A stretch of 64,000 nt of DNA, taken from contig JBFPLN010000003.1 of the NCBI GenBank assembly GCA_051971635.1, positions 1 through 64,000 on the forward strand. Direction: 5' to 3'. A program made the translations under genes and the position numbers. A model generated the notes under the pieces. The model did no database searches. It was not told the DNA's origin and was given only the letters and a program-made list of their open reading frames with translations. Position 1 is the first letter of the stretch. Each line of letters starts with the position of its first letter. Shown here one piece after another: positions 1 through 10,475 of the stretch. The stretch comes from Candidatus Atelocyanobacterium thalassae (GTDB lineage Bacteria; Cyanobacteriota; Cyanobacteriia; Cyanobacteriales; Microcystaceae).

Positions 1-499
1 GTTTTCCTAAGGGCTCATCGAGCAGTAAAGTTTTTGGCTCATGAATCAAGGCCTGGCAAAGTGCAGCCCTTTGTTGCATGCCTCCTGATAGTTCATGAGG
101 ACGTAAATGCTCATACCCCTTCAATGAAACAGATTCAATCAATTCTGAAATTTTATCCTGGAAATCATTTGGATTAAGGTTTCTTAATTCCAACTGAAGA
201 TTAATGTTGCCTAACACAGATCTCCAGGGGACTAAGGTACTGTCCTGAAACATCATACCGATGTCATGACGAGGTGATAAAACCTCATCTTGATTCATGA
301 TGATTTGACCACTTGAGCAAGGAATTAAACCGGCAATCATGAGCAAAAGAGTCGATTTTCCACAACCAGAAGGTCCTAATAATGTTAAAAATTCTCCATC
401 TCTCACTTCTATATCCGTTATACCATTAACGACTATAAGGGTCTTACCTTTATTAATTTCATATTCTTTTCTTAAGTTTTTTAATCTTAGCTTCGCCAT
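1..499 (-). CDS. ABC transporter ATP-binding protein, NitT/TauT (nitrate/sulfonate/taurine/pyrimidine) type; 3' part runs off the window
   Basis: Not in the ORF track; hand translation from ATG at 499: MAKLRLKNLRKEYE...GEFLTLLGPSGCGKST (Walker A)...MFQDSTLVPWRSV...LRPHELSGGMQQR (signature)...LLLDEPLGK (Walker B/D-loop). Confidence 0.9.
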   Translation of the reverse strand, partial: MAKLRLKNLRKEYEINKGKTLIVVNGITDIEVRDGEFLTLLGPSGCGKSTLLLMIAGLIPCSSGQIIMNQDEVLSPRHDIGMMFQDSTLVPWRSVLGNINLQLELRNLNPNDFQDKISELIESVSLKGYEHLRPHELSGGMQQRAALCQALIHEPKTLLLDEPLGK

Positions 500-692
500 T
501 ATTTTTTCACATAAATCCAATTTAAAGAAGTTATATTCTTACCTATTTTAATTAAATTTAAAAATTTGATTAAATAGTTTTAGAAAAGACTACAATAATT
601 TGGGAATACTATATGAGAATAGTTTAAATTCTAATTATTGTACATACCTATGTAAATATTTAAATAAAGATAAAATCTTAAAGTGTGAATCT

Positions 693-2657
693 TTAGTAAT
701 CGACATTTTCTGTATCTTTAGCAGATGAACGACGGCGACGACGACGAATTAGCGGTTTGTTTTCATCAGCTTGTAATGCATCAATATCATCATCATTAAG
801 TGATTCCATCATAAAAAGATTATTTGTTTGTGGTAAATCGATAGTTATTTGATCTCCCTGAACTTTTTCTGATAATTTTTTATTTTTCTCTAAAGATTTA
901 AAAGTACTTTTTTGTAATTTAAAACTTGATTTTACTTTAGTTTCTTCAGGTAACTTTACTGTAACCAATACAGATTTAGGATCTTTAAATTTACGATCAA
1001 GACGAACTAATGGAGATATTCCCATTAACGCATAAATATCTTGTTCAAGAGCAGTCATCTCGACAGAGACTTTCTCTACAGCACTTTCCTCTCTTATTAA
1101 GTGACGAGGTAACCGTTCTCTTCCAGATTCTTGTATTGGTTCGTTATCATCTTCTACTTCTTTATTAGTTAAATTATTTACAATTTTCGTAGCATAGTCT
1201 TCTTTAACGACTAAGTTAGGGGATTGCCGACGACGACGGCGACGATTATTAGTAGCATTGTTATTTTGCTCTTGATAGCTAGGATGAAATAAAAGTTCTA
1301 ACTCGCTGTTACTATCATCTTCATATGAAGATTCCCAGGCCTGTTCGTTAGACTCAGGAGGTTTGTTAAAAAAAGGCTGAGAGGCAGAGAATGAATTTAG
1401 TTCAAGTGGTACAAGCTTTGGCTCTCCTGGCAAAGATGCTAAGTGTCCTAAACCTCCACAGTTTGAACAAGGTTGTCCAAATAACTCATATATGTTTTTT
1501 CCTTGTCGTTTACGTGTTAATTCGACTAATCCTAGCTCAGATAGTTGGGCAATTTGCGGTCTTGCTTTATCTTCTTTTAATGCATTGTTAAAGTGTTCAA
1601 GTAGCTTTAATTGATCGCGACGCGAATCCATATCAATGAAGTCTACAATAATTACTCCCCCAATATTACGCAAACGTAACTGATGAGCAATTTCAGTAGC
1701 AGCTTCACTATTAGTCCATAAAACCGTCTCTCTTGAAGTTGCTGAACGAGTAAAAGAACCAGAATTAACGTCAACAACTGTAAGTGCTTCTGTAGGTTCA
1801 ATGATAATATAGCCACCTGAAGGTAAGTCTACTCTCGGCTTTAATGCCTCTCTGATCGCTGCATTAACACGAAAATAATCTAAAATCGGCATAGATTCTT
1901 GATGATGATCAATCAAGACTCCTTCAGGTGGTCTTCCACCGCTCCAATTCATTAAATGATGCTTAACCCTTTTTACCCCTGAAGTACTATCTACTACAAT
2001 CCTATTAACATCAGCACTATATATGTCCCTCAATACTCTTTGGATAAAATCATCATCACGATTTAGTAATGATGGAGCTCGAGTAGATGTAGCCTGAACT
2101 TGAACAGATTCCCATTGTCGTTGTAAAAATTCCAAATCCTCCATAATTGCTTCTTCGGCTTTACCTCCTGCTTCAGTACGAACCAGTAAACCCATACCAG
2201 CAGGTTTAATTAAAATAGCTAAAGCACGTAAACGACTACGTTCGTCATCATTGCAAATACGTCGAGATAAGTTAACACCTTTCCCATTAGGCATAAGAAC
2301 TAAATACCGGCCAGGAAGGCTTACATTCCCAGTAAGTCTTGGCCCTTTATTGCCAGTAGGTTCTTTCATGACCTGGACTAGAACCTTTTGCTGCGGTGTC
2401 AATAACTCTATAATTCCACCAGCACTTCGCTTTAAGCGTAAAGGTCCCAAATCTGTTACATGTATAAAACCATTACGTTCTGCATCTCCAATATTAACAA
2501 ATGCAGCATCAATACCTGGAATGATATTTTCAACCACTCCTAGAAAAATATCGCTTACTTGCTGATTACCGGTAGCAACTACTAGTTCTTGTATTTGATC
2601 TTCCCAAAATACAGCAGCAATATGGTGTTGTTCTGTAATAATAATTTGCTTAGGCAT
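693..2657 (-). CDS. rne: Ribonuclease E
   Basis: MPKQIII N-terminus, S1 and catalytic domain (VDVNSG, DFIDM), Zn-link CSNC, cyanobacterial C-terminal RRRRRRSSA motif. Confidence 0.97.
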   Translation of the reverse strand: MPKQIIITEQHHIAAVFWEDQIQELVVATGNQQVSDIFLGVVENIIPGIDAAFVNIGDAERNGFIHVTDLGPLRLKRSAGGIIELLTPQQKVLVQVMKEPTGNKGPRLTGNVSLPGRYLVLMPNGKGVNLSRRICNDDERSRLRALAILIKPAGMGLLVRTEAGGKAEEAIMEDLEFLQRQWESVQVQATSTRAPSLLNRDDDFIQRVLRDIYSADVNRIVVDSTSGVKRVKHHLMNWSGGRPPEGVLIDHHQESMPILDYFRVNAAIREALKPRVDLPSGGYIIIEPTEALTVVDVNSGSFTRSATSRETVLWTNSEAATEIAHQLRLRNIGGVIIVDFIDMDSRRDQLKLLEHFNNALKEDKARPQIAQLSELGLVELTRKRQGKNIYELFGQPCSNCGGLGHLASLPGEPKLVPLELNSFSASQPFFNKPPESNEQAWESSYEDDSNSELELLFHPSYQEQNNNATNNRRRRRRQSPNLVVKEDYATKIVNNLTNKEVEDDNEPIQESGRERLPRHLIREESAVEKVSVEMTALEQDIYALMGISPLVRLDRKFKDPKSVLVTVKLPEETKVKSSFKLQKSTFKSLEKNKKLSEKVQGDQITIDLPQTNNLFMMESLNDDDIDALQADENKPLIRRRRRRSSAKDTENVDY

Positions 2658-3792
2658 TCAATTCCCTCAAACTTTTATAAGAGATGATGATAGTTAAAAA
2701 ATTCTGGTTTACTTGTCTAAAAATTTATCGAAAGGCTAGTCAAGATTAAACATCATGACATTGAGGCATTAGAAAAGAGCAACTAATTGATCTCATTTTT
2801 ATTTTTAATTTAATACCAGCAGCTACGGTGCCAAATTAATTAAATATGGAGAGGAACTTACATAAATTGAAAGTTTTATCTATCCAACCCCAATACGGAA
2901 AAGCTTATTTAATATTTCTGAGAATTGTATAAAATAGTACTGTACTTAGTTGGTATTTACTTATGCTAGCTCAAGATATATCAAGACACTTTCTAATAAA
3001 AGTAATAGTTAGATAAAAGAGTTAGATGAAGGCTTAGGATTTTATCTACTTGTCGGGTAAACAAGTTAATTGATAAGTTCATATTCTTGGGTTATCTACT
3101 TTTAAATCTTTCAGAATAGCTGCACACCTATCTATTTTTAATACTTGATATAGTTTAATACTGTCATTGTAAAAATATAACTCAAAAAGTATACTTTTGA
3201 CAACAGAAATATTTTTTTAGAATAAAATATAATTGTTTGAATGAAGCCTTTGCTCTTTATATTTATTAATAATATAAAGAGTAGATTGTATCAATTATCT
3301 AAAACATAAAATCATTAAATATATCTATTAAACAATAATGATTGGCTTATATCCATAAAGTATTTTCTATTAACTAACTTATAAAAAAAATTATTAACTA
3401 TTATTATTTATAGTGTTGATCTTATTACAATCTTTAAATTAGTATTTTTTGATAAAATATCACTACTTCAGAAAATTTTATATCTGATTATTAATTAATA
3501 GTAACAATCCTAGTAAAAAGTAATTGATTTATTTTTGATTTTTTTATAAAAAGTTAACTAATAAGACATTTTAATATTTTTCTCATATTTCAATATTTGA
3601 TATTAATTACCTAGTATCATTTTATTTCTAACTTATGTATATAAAAAATATTGTTTACGGTCAATCTCATTCAAGTTTTTCGATTATGTACTTATATGGT
3701 TAAGCATTTATTCAAAGAAATTTTAATGTTTTATACTGAAGTTAATACTGTATAGATATACCTGAAACTATATCTGAAGATTCATTAAATAA

Positions 3793-3890
3793 AAGACTCG
3801 GAGTCTACGCCTATTATAAGCATCCCTTATTGCTGCTACTTTCCAGTCCTGACAAGATTTAGGCGTTATAATCGCGTAGGTCCAAGCCAC
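3793..3890 (-). ncRNA. ffs: Signal recognition particle RNA (4.5S)
   Basis: Reverse complement reads GGCTTGGACCTACGCG...AAATCTTGTCAGGACTGGAAAGTAGCAGCAATAAGGGATGC...GGCGTAGACTCCGAGTC; contains the domain IV CAGG/GGAA-loop/AGCA motif and complementary termini; ends approximate. Confidence 0.92.
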
Positions 3891-3895
3891 ACACT

Positions 3896-3901
3896 AGCAT
3901 A
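3896..3901 (-). promoter_or_regulatory. Putative -10 box (TATGCT) of ffs
   Basis: TATGCT about 6 nt upstream of the predicted ffs 5' end, preceded by TG (extended -10 like). Confidence 0.5.
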
Positions 3902-3925
3902 ACACAAAAAATTATTTTTTAGCGA

Positions 3926-4219
3926 TTATTCATTATTATTAAGAATTTTCGGAACTTTGAAAAATTCTCCTTCCTTATCTGGAGCTTCTCTCAACAGAAG
4001 ATCCTTGTCTACACAAAGTTGTGATACGTCATCACGAGTAATATTTTTCAACTCAATAGCACGTATTGTTGGGATTATCTCTTCAGTTTCTAATTCATCT
4101 AATATTTCAAAATGTTTTATAACATCTCCTAATTGACTAGCAAATTTTTCTTCTTCCTTAGGATCAATATATAAACGAGCTAAATGAGCAATTTTATGGA
4201 TTTCTTGATGACTTAACAT
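3926..4219 (-). CDS. gatC: Asp/Glu-tRNA amidotransferase subunit C
   Basis: IAHLARL N-terminus, AP...FFKVPKIL C-terminus; adjacent to ycf3 as in other cyanobacteria. Confidence 0.95.
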   Translation of the reverse strand: MLSHQEIHKIAHLARLYIDPKEEEKFASQLGDVIKHFEILDELETEEIIPTIRAIELKNITRDDVSQLCVDKDLLLREAPDKEGEFFKVPKILNNNE

Positions 4220-4269
4220 ATGTCGATTTTAATATTCTTGTTTAGGTTAATAATAAAAATTTATTACTC

Positions 4270-4791
4270 TTAGAAAAAAACATCTATTTCTGAGCGTCCT
4301 GTAATTTTCAACCAATTCTGAGCCTCTATATAGTTATTCGGAGCAATTCTTATCGCTTGTTTCCAATATTCAGCAGCTTTATCGAAAAGAGTTTCAGCAC
4401 TATTGTCATTGCCTTCAGTTTTAGCTCTTTCTCCTTGATAGTGGTAAATTACTGCAATATTGTTTAATGCTGATGGCATTTGAGGATTTAAATCAATAGC
4501 TTGTTTATAATAATCTAAAGCTTTTGCATGCTCTCCGTTACTAGCATAAATAATACCAATGTTATAGAGAATATAACTACGATCGTTATCATCTGCTTCT
4601 AATTTTAGTGCTTCATTATAGTTATCTAGAGCCTCAGCATATTCTCCATCTGCTTGAGCTGACATACCATCTCTATAGTAAGCAAAAGCCTCTTTTGCTT
4701 TTTTATTAGCAGGTAAAATTTTAAATATTATATCTGCCATTACAGTAAAACTTTTATCGATGAAATTATCATTGCGCTGAGTTCTGGGCAT
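4270..4791 (-). CDS. ycf3: Photosystem I assembly protein Ycf3
   Basis: [27 protein letters not shown] repeats, [10 protein letters not shown]. Confidence 0.98.
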   Translation of the reverse strand: MPRTQRNDNFIDKSFTVMADIIFKILPANKKAKEAFAYYRDGMSAQADGEYAEALDNYNEALKLEADDNDRSYILYNIGIIYASNGEHAKALDYYKQAIDLNPQMPSALNNIAVIYHYQGERAKTEGNDNSAETLFDKAAEYWKQAIRIAPNNYIEAQNWLKITGRSEIDVFF

Positions 4792-4835
4792 AATTCCTAA
4801 AGTGTAAAATTATATGGTCACATTTTATCAAAGTT

Positions 4836-5675
4836 TTAGCCTTTAACTCCACTTCCTGAATCAGTAGGTATAATATACTGTTGTACCAGTGTAAATAGGA
4901 ATACAACTGGAATTATAGAAATAATTGATCCAGCAGATATAAGACGCCAATCTAGATCTAAAGAATTAGCTAGCTTAGCAATTCCCAATGGCAGAGTATA
5001 ATATTCCGGATTATCTAAAACAATTAAAGGCCATAAAAAATCACTCCATGATCCAATGAATATAAAGAATGCTAGCGTAATTAGAGCTGGCTTAATAGCA
5101 GGAACCATAATATGCCACCATATATCGAATTCAGAACAACCGTCTATTTTGGCTGCTTCTTCTAATTCTTTAGGAACCTCCTCAAATGCCTGTCGTAAAA
5201 AAAAAATACCAAAAGTTGATACTAAATTAGGCATAATAGCTCCTAAATAAGTATTACGAAGCTTTAAATTTACTGCTAATATAAATAAAGGTATCATAAT
5301 AATTTGAGACGGAATCATTATCGTAGAAATTATAAATGCCCATATTGTATCTTTCCCTAGAAAGTTAATTCTAGCTAACGGATATGCAGCAAGAGAGCAT
5401 AGAATAAGATTTAAGCATACAGTTAAAAAAGCTATCAAAAAACTGTTACATAAATATTTTCCAAAAGGATAATTTTGCCAAACAATTACAAAATTCTCCC
5501 AGGTTGGTTGGCTAGGTAACCAAGACGTTAACGTAATTGATACATCCTCTGTTGAAGGTTTGAAAGCAGTACCTAAAAGCCATATCAAAGGAAAAAGGGT
5601 TAATGCAGCAATTATTATTAGTAATAAATATGTGAAAATATTTTTAAGAATCAATTCAAGCCTTCTACTTTTCAT
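4836..5675 (-). CDS. Carbohydrate ABC transporter permease (MalG/LacG-like)
   Basis: About 6 TM segments, EAA motif ELEEAAKIDG, WSDFLWPLIV, GVKG end. Confidence 0.9.
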   Translation of the reverse strand: MKSRRLELILKNIFTYLLLIIIAALTLFPLIWLLGTAFKPSTEDVSITLTSWLPSQPTWENFVIVWQNYPFGKYLCNSFLIAFLTVCLNLILCSLAAYPLARINFLGKDTIWAFIISTIMIPSQIIMIPLFILAVNLKLRNTYLGAIMPNLVSTFGIFFLRQAFEEVPKELEEAAKIDGCSEFDIWWHIMVPAIKPALITLAFFIFIGSWSDFLWPLIVLDNPEYYTLPLGIAKLANSLDLDWRLISAGSIISIIPVVFLFTLVQQYIIPTDSGSGVKG

Positions 5676-5851
5676 TTCTTATTAGTTTAGTATAAATACT
5701 AAAAATATAATAAATCGGTAATTATTATCAGATTATTAAGTTAAATATTTTTAACATTTAATTAAAAAATGCTATTTATTTCTTAAATCTTATTATTTTT
5801 CATTTATTTTAATGGAGTGAATAATAAACTGATTCCTCCAAAAATTAAAAA

Positions 5852-5883
5852 AGGAAAGCAGAAAATTAATTTACTACTTTCCT
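5852..5883 (-). terminator. Intrinsic terminator after ileS
   Basis: Minus strand AGGAAAGTAG-loop-CTGCTTTCCT followed by a T tract. Confidence 0.65.
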
Positions 5884-5896
5884 AGAATAAATATTC

Positions 5897-8779
5897 TTAA
5901 AATTCTTCTAACAATGCAGAATGACATCTATCACAGATAGTAGGATCATCGACAAAGCTACCAACCGTTGTTGAATAGTTCCAACAACGCTCACATTTCT
6001 TCCCTTCTGCTTTAACTACACCAACATAAAATAATTCTGATTCACTTTGATATTCAAGAGATTTTATTTGGTCCAAATTTTCCACTAGTTCTACCTGAGA
6101 AACTAAAAAGAAATAGCGTAGCTCATCTACACAATTATCTTTTGATAAAGTATATTGAGAGTCAAATTTTGCTAATTGTTGCTTAAAATTTAAATCTTTA
6201 ATATGAAGTATTATTTTTGCATCTAAAGAAGAACCAATAACTTTTTCTTGTCGAGCTAATTCTAAGACATTGTTAATATCATTTCTAATCATTCGTAAAT
6301 TAACCCAGAAGTTTTTTACTTCTACCTCTTCTAACTCTTTTATTTCATTAACCCATCCCCCTTCAAAGACAGAATTATAGGAGGGCTTATAAGGCAAAAA
6401 TTGCCAGATATCTTCTGCCATATGACATAGTACAGGAGCAATCATTTTTGACAAACTCTCAATGGCTAATAATAATACTGTTTGACAACTACGACGACGA
6501 AATGAGTTAGGAGAAGAAATGTATAGTCTATCTTTAGCTATATCAAGATAAAAATTAGATAAATCTACAATACAAAAGTTTTGTATCGCTTGATAAAAAT
6601 TTGAAAAATGATAAGTTTCAAATGCACTAGTTACTTCATTAGAAACCTCAGCAATACGATGCAACATATAACGGTCTAGTGCAGGCAGTTCTCCATAGGA
6701 AATTGTATGTTTATGAGGATCAAAATCATGTAAATTACCTAACAAGAAACGTGCGGTATTTCTTATTTTTCTGTAAACATCTGAAATTTGCTTGAGAATT
6801 GTCTCCCCAACAAGGACATCTGAAGAGTAATCAACTGACGATACCCATAGCCTTAAAACATCAGCTCCATAAGCAGGTTCTTTCTTCTTATTATTTCCTC
6901 CATTAATTATTACATTAGGACTCATCACGTTTCCTAATGATTTACTCATTTTTCTTCCTTTTTGATCTAAAACAAACCCATGAGTTAATACTGTTTTATA
7001 GGGAGCAACTCCATTTACAGCAACACTAGTTAAGAGACTAGATTGAAACCATCCTCTATGTTGATCTGAACCTTCTAAATACATATCAACAGGATATTTT
7101 GATTTAGATTTTTGTTTAATTACAGATGCCCATGAAGACCCTGAATCAAACCAGACATCCATAGTATCAGTTCCCTTTCGATAGCGACGATGATCTTGTT
7201 TTTTCCCTTCTGGAAGTAATTCTTGGACAGACATTTCCCACCAAGCGTCAGAACCTCTTTCCGCAACTATCTTTTGTATATTATCAATTGTTTCTTGTGT
7301 TAATAAAGCTTCATTGGTTTCTTGATCATAAAAAACTGGGATAGGTACTCCCCAGCTTCTTTGTCGAGAAATACACCAATCTGAACGATCATTAACCATT
7401 GAAGTGATACGCTTTATACCCTGAGATGGAATCCAATTCACAGTTTTGATAGCATTAATGGCATGTTCTCTAAAACCTTCAACTGAGGCAAACCATTGTT
7501 CTGTTGCGCGAAAGATAGTTGGCTTCTTAGTTCGCCAATCATATGGATATTTATGTTCATAAAGTTCTTCTTTTATAAGAACCTTCTCTTCTGTAAGTTT
7601 ATTGATGATTACTTCATTGGCATCTTTAAGAACATTCAAACCTGCGAATGGTCCTGCTTCTTCTGTAAAGACTCCTTTGTTATCCACAGGAGATAGTATT
7701 TCTAGTCCGTACCTTTGTCCTACTAGATAATCTTCTTGTCCATGTCCTGGAGCCGTATGGACTAGGCCAGTACCGGAACTAGTGTTAATATAATCACCAC
7801 CAATTACAATCTTACACTCTTTATCAAATAAGGAATGCCTGTAAGTTGTATTCTCCAACATACTTCCTAAAAAAGTTACCCTAGTTTTTAGAGGAGCTGC
7901 AAATAACTGTGATAGTTTATCTACCAAATCTTCAGCTACAATCAAATACTGATACTTACAAAGACTAGTATTTTGTTCAACTATCGAATATTTAATAGTT
8001 GGATTTACTGCTATTGCTAAATTAGCAGGGATCGTCCAAGGGGTTGTAGTCCAGATTACAGCTCCTAAGCTTGGCAAAAAATCTTTTAGGATATCTGCCA
8101 TCTTTTGTGATGGATGAATAATAGGAAAAGTTGTGTAAATACTACGAGAAATATGTCCTTCTGGATATTCTAATTCTGCTTCTGCCAAAGCAGTTTGTGA
8201 ACTTGGACTCCAATGAACAGGTTTAAGACCTCGGTAAATATATCCTTTCTTAAACATATTCCAAAATACACCAATTTGTGCTGCTTCATATTCAGGAATC
8301 ATTGTTAAATAAGGGTTTTGCCAATCTCCCCATACACCAAGTCTTTGAAAACTTTCAGCCTGTTCCTCTTGAGTCTTAAGAGCAAACTCTCGAGCTTTAT
8401 ATCTTAAATTGAGAGGACTCAAAGTCTGTCTTTCTTTTGAACTGATACTTTGTAAAACTTTTAATTCAATTGGCAACCCGTGACAATCCCATCCAGGAAC
8501 ATAGCTTATCTTATTTCCTTTTAATAACTTATATTTATTGATAAAATCTTTTAAGATTTTATTCAGTGCATGTCCCATATGTAAAGAGCCATTAGCATAT
8601 GGAGGCCCATCATGAAGAACAAATAATTCTTCTGGATTTTCTTCTGATAATTTTTCATAAACTTTATGCTTTATCCAAAATTTTTGTAATTCTGGCTCTC
8701 TAGATACAGCATTAGCTCGCATATTAAAACTGGTCTGAGGTAAGTTTACTGTATTTTTATAATTTTTTTGTTCTGTCAC
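5897..8779 (-). CDS. ileS: Isoleucine--tRNA ligase (GTG start)
   Basis: HMGH and KMSKS motifs, WTTTPWT editing domain, C-terminal CERCW...CDRC zinc finger. Confidence 0.98.
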   Translation of the reverse strand: MTEQKNYKNTVNLPQTSFNMRANAVSREPELQKFWIKHKVYEKLSEENPEELFVLHDGPPYANGSLHMGHALNKILKDFINKYKLLKGNKISYVPGWDCHGLPIELKVLQSISSKERQTLSPLNLRYKAREFALKTQEEQAESFQRLGVWGDWQNPYLTMIPEYEAAQIGVFWNMFKKGYIYRGLKPVHWSPSSQTALAEAELEYPEGHISRSIYTTFPIIHPSQKMADILKDFLPSLGAVIWTTTPWTIPANLAIAVNPTIKYSIVEQNTSLCKYQYLIVAEDLVDKLSQLFAAPLKTRVTFLGSMLENTTYRHSLFDKECKIVIGGDYINTSSGTGLVHTAPGHGQEDYLVGQRYGLEILSPVDNKGVFTEEAGPFAGLNVLKDANEVIINKLTEEKVLIKEELYEHKYPYDWRTKKPTIFRATEQWFASVEGFREHAINAIKTVNWIPSQGIKRITSMVNDRSDWCISRQRSWGVPIPVFYDQETNEALLTQETIDNIQKIVAERGSDAWWEMSVQELLPEGKKQDHRRYRKGTDTMDVWFDSGSSWASVIKQKSKSKYPVDMYLEGSDQHRGWFQSSLLTSVAVNGVAPYKTVLTHGFVLDQKGRKMSKSLGNVMSPNVIINGGNNKKKEPAYGADVLRLWVSSVDYSSDVLVGETILKQISDVYRKIRNTARFLLGNLHDFDPHKHTISYGELPALDRYMLHRIAEVSNEVTSAFETYHFSNFYQAIQNFCIVDLSNFYLDIAKDRLYISSPNSFRRRSCQTVLLLAIESLSKMIAPVLCHMAEDIWQFLPYKPSYNSVFEGGWVNEIKELEEVEVKNFWVNLRMIRNDINNVLELARQEKVIGSSLDAKIILHIKDLNFKQQLAKFDSQYTLSKDNCVDELRYFFLVSQVELVENLDQIKSLEYQSESELFYVGVVKAEGKKCERCWNYSTTVGSFVDDPTICDRCHSALLEEF

Positions 8780-8850
8780 AATATTAATTAAAGTATTTAT
8801 ATTGGTTTACGCTTTATATTGATTATAAAATCAATAGTTAAAAATTAAAT

Positions 8851-9687
8851 TTAAAATTCTAAACTAGGTAAGCTATCTATTAAATCTACTGAGTTAAAAG
8901 AGCGCCCTAATTGATATTGAGTGTAGTTTCGCAAAAGACGTTCAATTTTTTGCCAAGGAACTATAAAGTCTTTTTGAAGAATAGTTGGTGGTAAAATTTT
9001 CCCAGCATGAGGTAAATAGGATTGACTTAAGTTTTGTAATAGAACTAAATCTGTAGCTTGTAATTCATAGTTTATGAGTGGTACAGAAGAAGTTATTAGT
9101 GTTTTCTTTATATGAACTAAAGAACTTAAGTTGATTATTCCGCCCATTTCATAACTAAAACCTACGCGCCAGGATGAATCGCCAAAATTTGGAATTAACT
9201 TTTCTTGTGTGAGGCAACATTGATAAATTTGGGGACCAATTCCTGTAACTATTAAAAAATGAAATATAGCTTGAGCTAAATATCCATATAAACTTTCTAC
9301 AAGAGACATTTTTTCTAATCTTCGCAGATGTTCATTGAAAAGTTCATAAAGTTCTTCTTGAGGTTGTATATCAATAGATAAACACAATATTAACTCACTT
9401 AAATATTGTGCTGCCACAAGTTTAACTAATTCTTTTCTTAGATCAGCATAAGATTGTAAAGTCTCTGCTTGAATTATTTTATCTAGAGAATGTCTTTTTA
9501 TTATTAGGAATTGATTAACCATAAATAATTCACTTCTTCCACTAAGCCGTGATTTATTTTTTCTAGAGCTTGGTGCTACAGCACTAATCAACCCTTTTTC
9601 TGGTGAAAGAATTGTTATTAAACGGTCAGCTTCTCCTAGAGGCATACTTTTTAGAACAATTCCCGTTGTCTTATAAGTTTGACTCAT
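8851..9687 (-). CDS. recO: DNA repair protein RecO
   Basis: [25 protein letters not shown]-fold N-terminus typical of cyanobacterial RecO. Confidence 0.93.
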   Translation of the reverse strand: MSQTYKTTGIVLKSMPLGEADRLITILSPEKGLISAVAPSSRKNKSRLSGRSELFMVNQFLIIKRHSLDKIIQAETLQSYADLRKELVKLVAAQYLSELILCLSIDIQPQEELYELFNEHLRRLEKMSLVESLYGYLAQAIFHFLIVTGIGPQIYQCCLTQEKLIPNFGDSSWRVGFSYEMGGIINLSSLVHIKKTLITSSVPLINYELQATDLVLLQNLSQSYLPHAGKILPPTILQKDFIVPWQKIERLLRNYTQYQLGRSFNSVDLIDSLPSLEF

Positions 9688-9800
9688 GAAGTTACAGTAA
9701 TAAGGTGTAGTCTAAAATTTTGTTTTTAAACAATACTTAGAATTATAAATTACAGATGTGTAAAATAGAATTCAGGCCATAAACATTCGCTAGATATTCT

Positions 9801-10004
9801 TTACATCAAGGGAACTCCTAACATTCCTAATAAAGTGAAATAGAGCAAGGAAAAAGCACTAAATACAATTCCAATTATTAAGATTTTAGTTAAATAATTT
9901 TGAGGTAATAGCTTCGTCCAACTAAAAAAAGATAAAAATATATTTAACAAAAAACCAATGAGATAACGGGGGTAACATGACATGTTTCTTAAGAAATCTT
10001 TCAT
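9801..10004 (-). CDS. ycf33: DUF751/Ycf33 family small membrane protein
   Basis: F..N...YPRYLI and FTL..MLG motifs, two hydrophobic helices. Confidence 0.75.
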   Translation of the reverse strand: MKDFLRNMSCYPRYLIGFLLNIFLSFFSWTKLLPQNYLTKILIIGIVFSAFSLLYFTLLGMLGVPLM

Positions 10005-10475
10005 TATTCTATTCTTTTTTAAAAAGTATTGTTATTAAAAATATGATAACCTCGAGTTTAGCTTGTAAGTAAATTAAATAATAAAAATTCACAATAAGTA
10101 TTCGTCTTAAGATAAATACTTATACTTAGCTGTTGTCTACTTATTTGACTAAACAAAAGTATCTTAATATTTTTATAAATTTGTTCTGAAATTAATATAC
10201 TAGCTTTATTTTAAAAACTATCAATTAAGACCATATATTGCATTCCATTATAGACATTTAGTTAATTTAGAATCTAAATATACTTTAAAATTTTAAAAAT
10301 TAGTATGAATTAAAGGTTACCTTTGTTCTTCTTTAAACGAAACACTTTAAGATATATTAAGAATTTTATATCTTACTTTAAAATACTTTTACCTAAAGAA
10401 TAAGAAATATCGTTAAATTAGATCTATAAAAGAATAAATTGTTCTTTTATAAAACTTATTATTTAATAACTAGTT

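Noticed and set aside
339..551. 70-aa plus-strand ORF
   Set aside because: Antisense shadow of the ABC ATPase Walker A region
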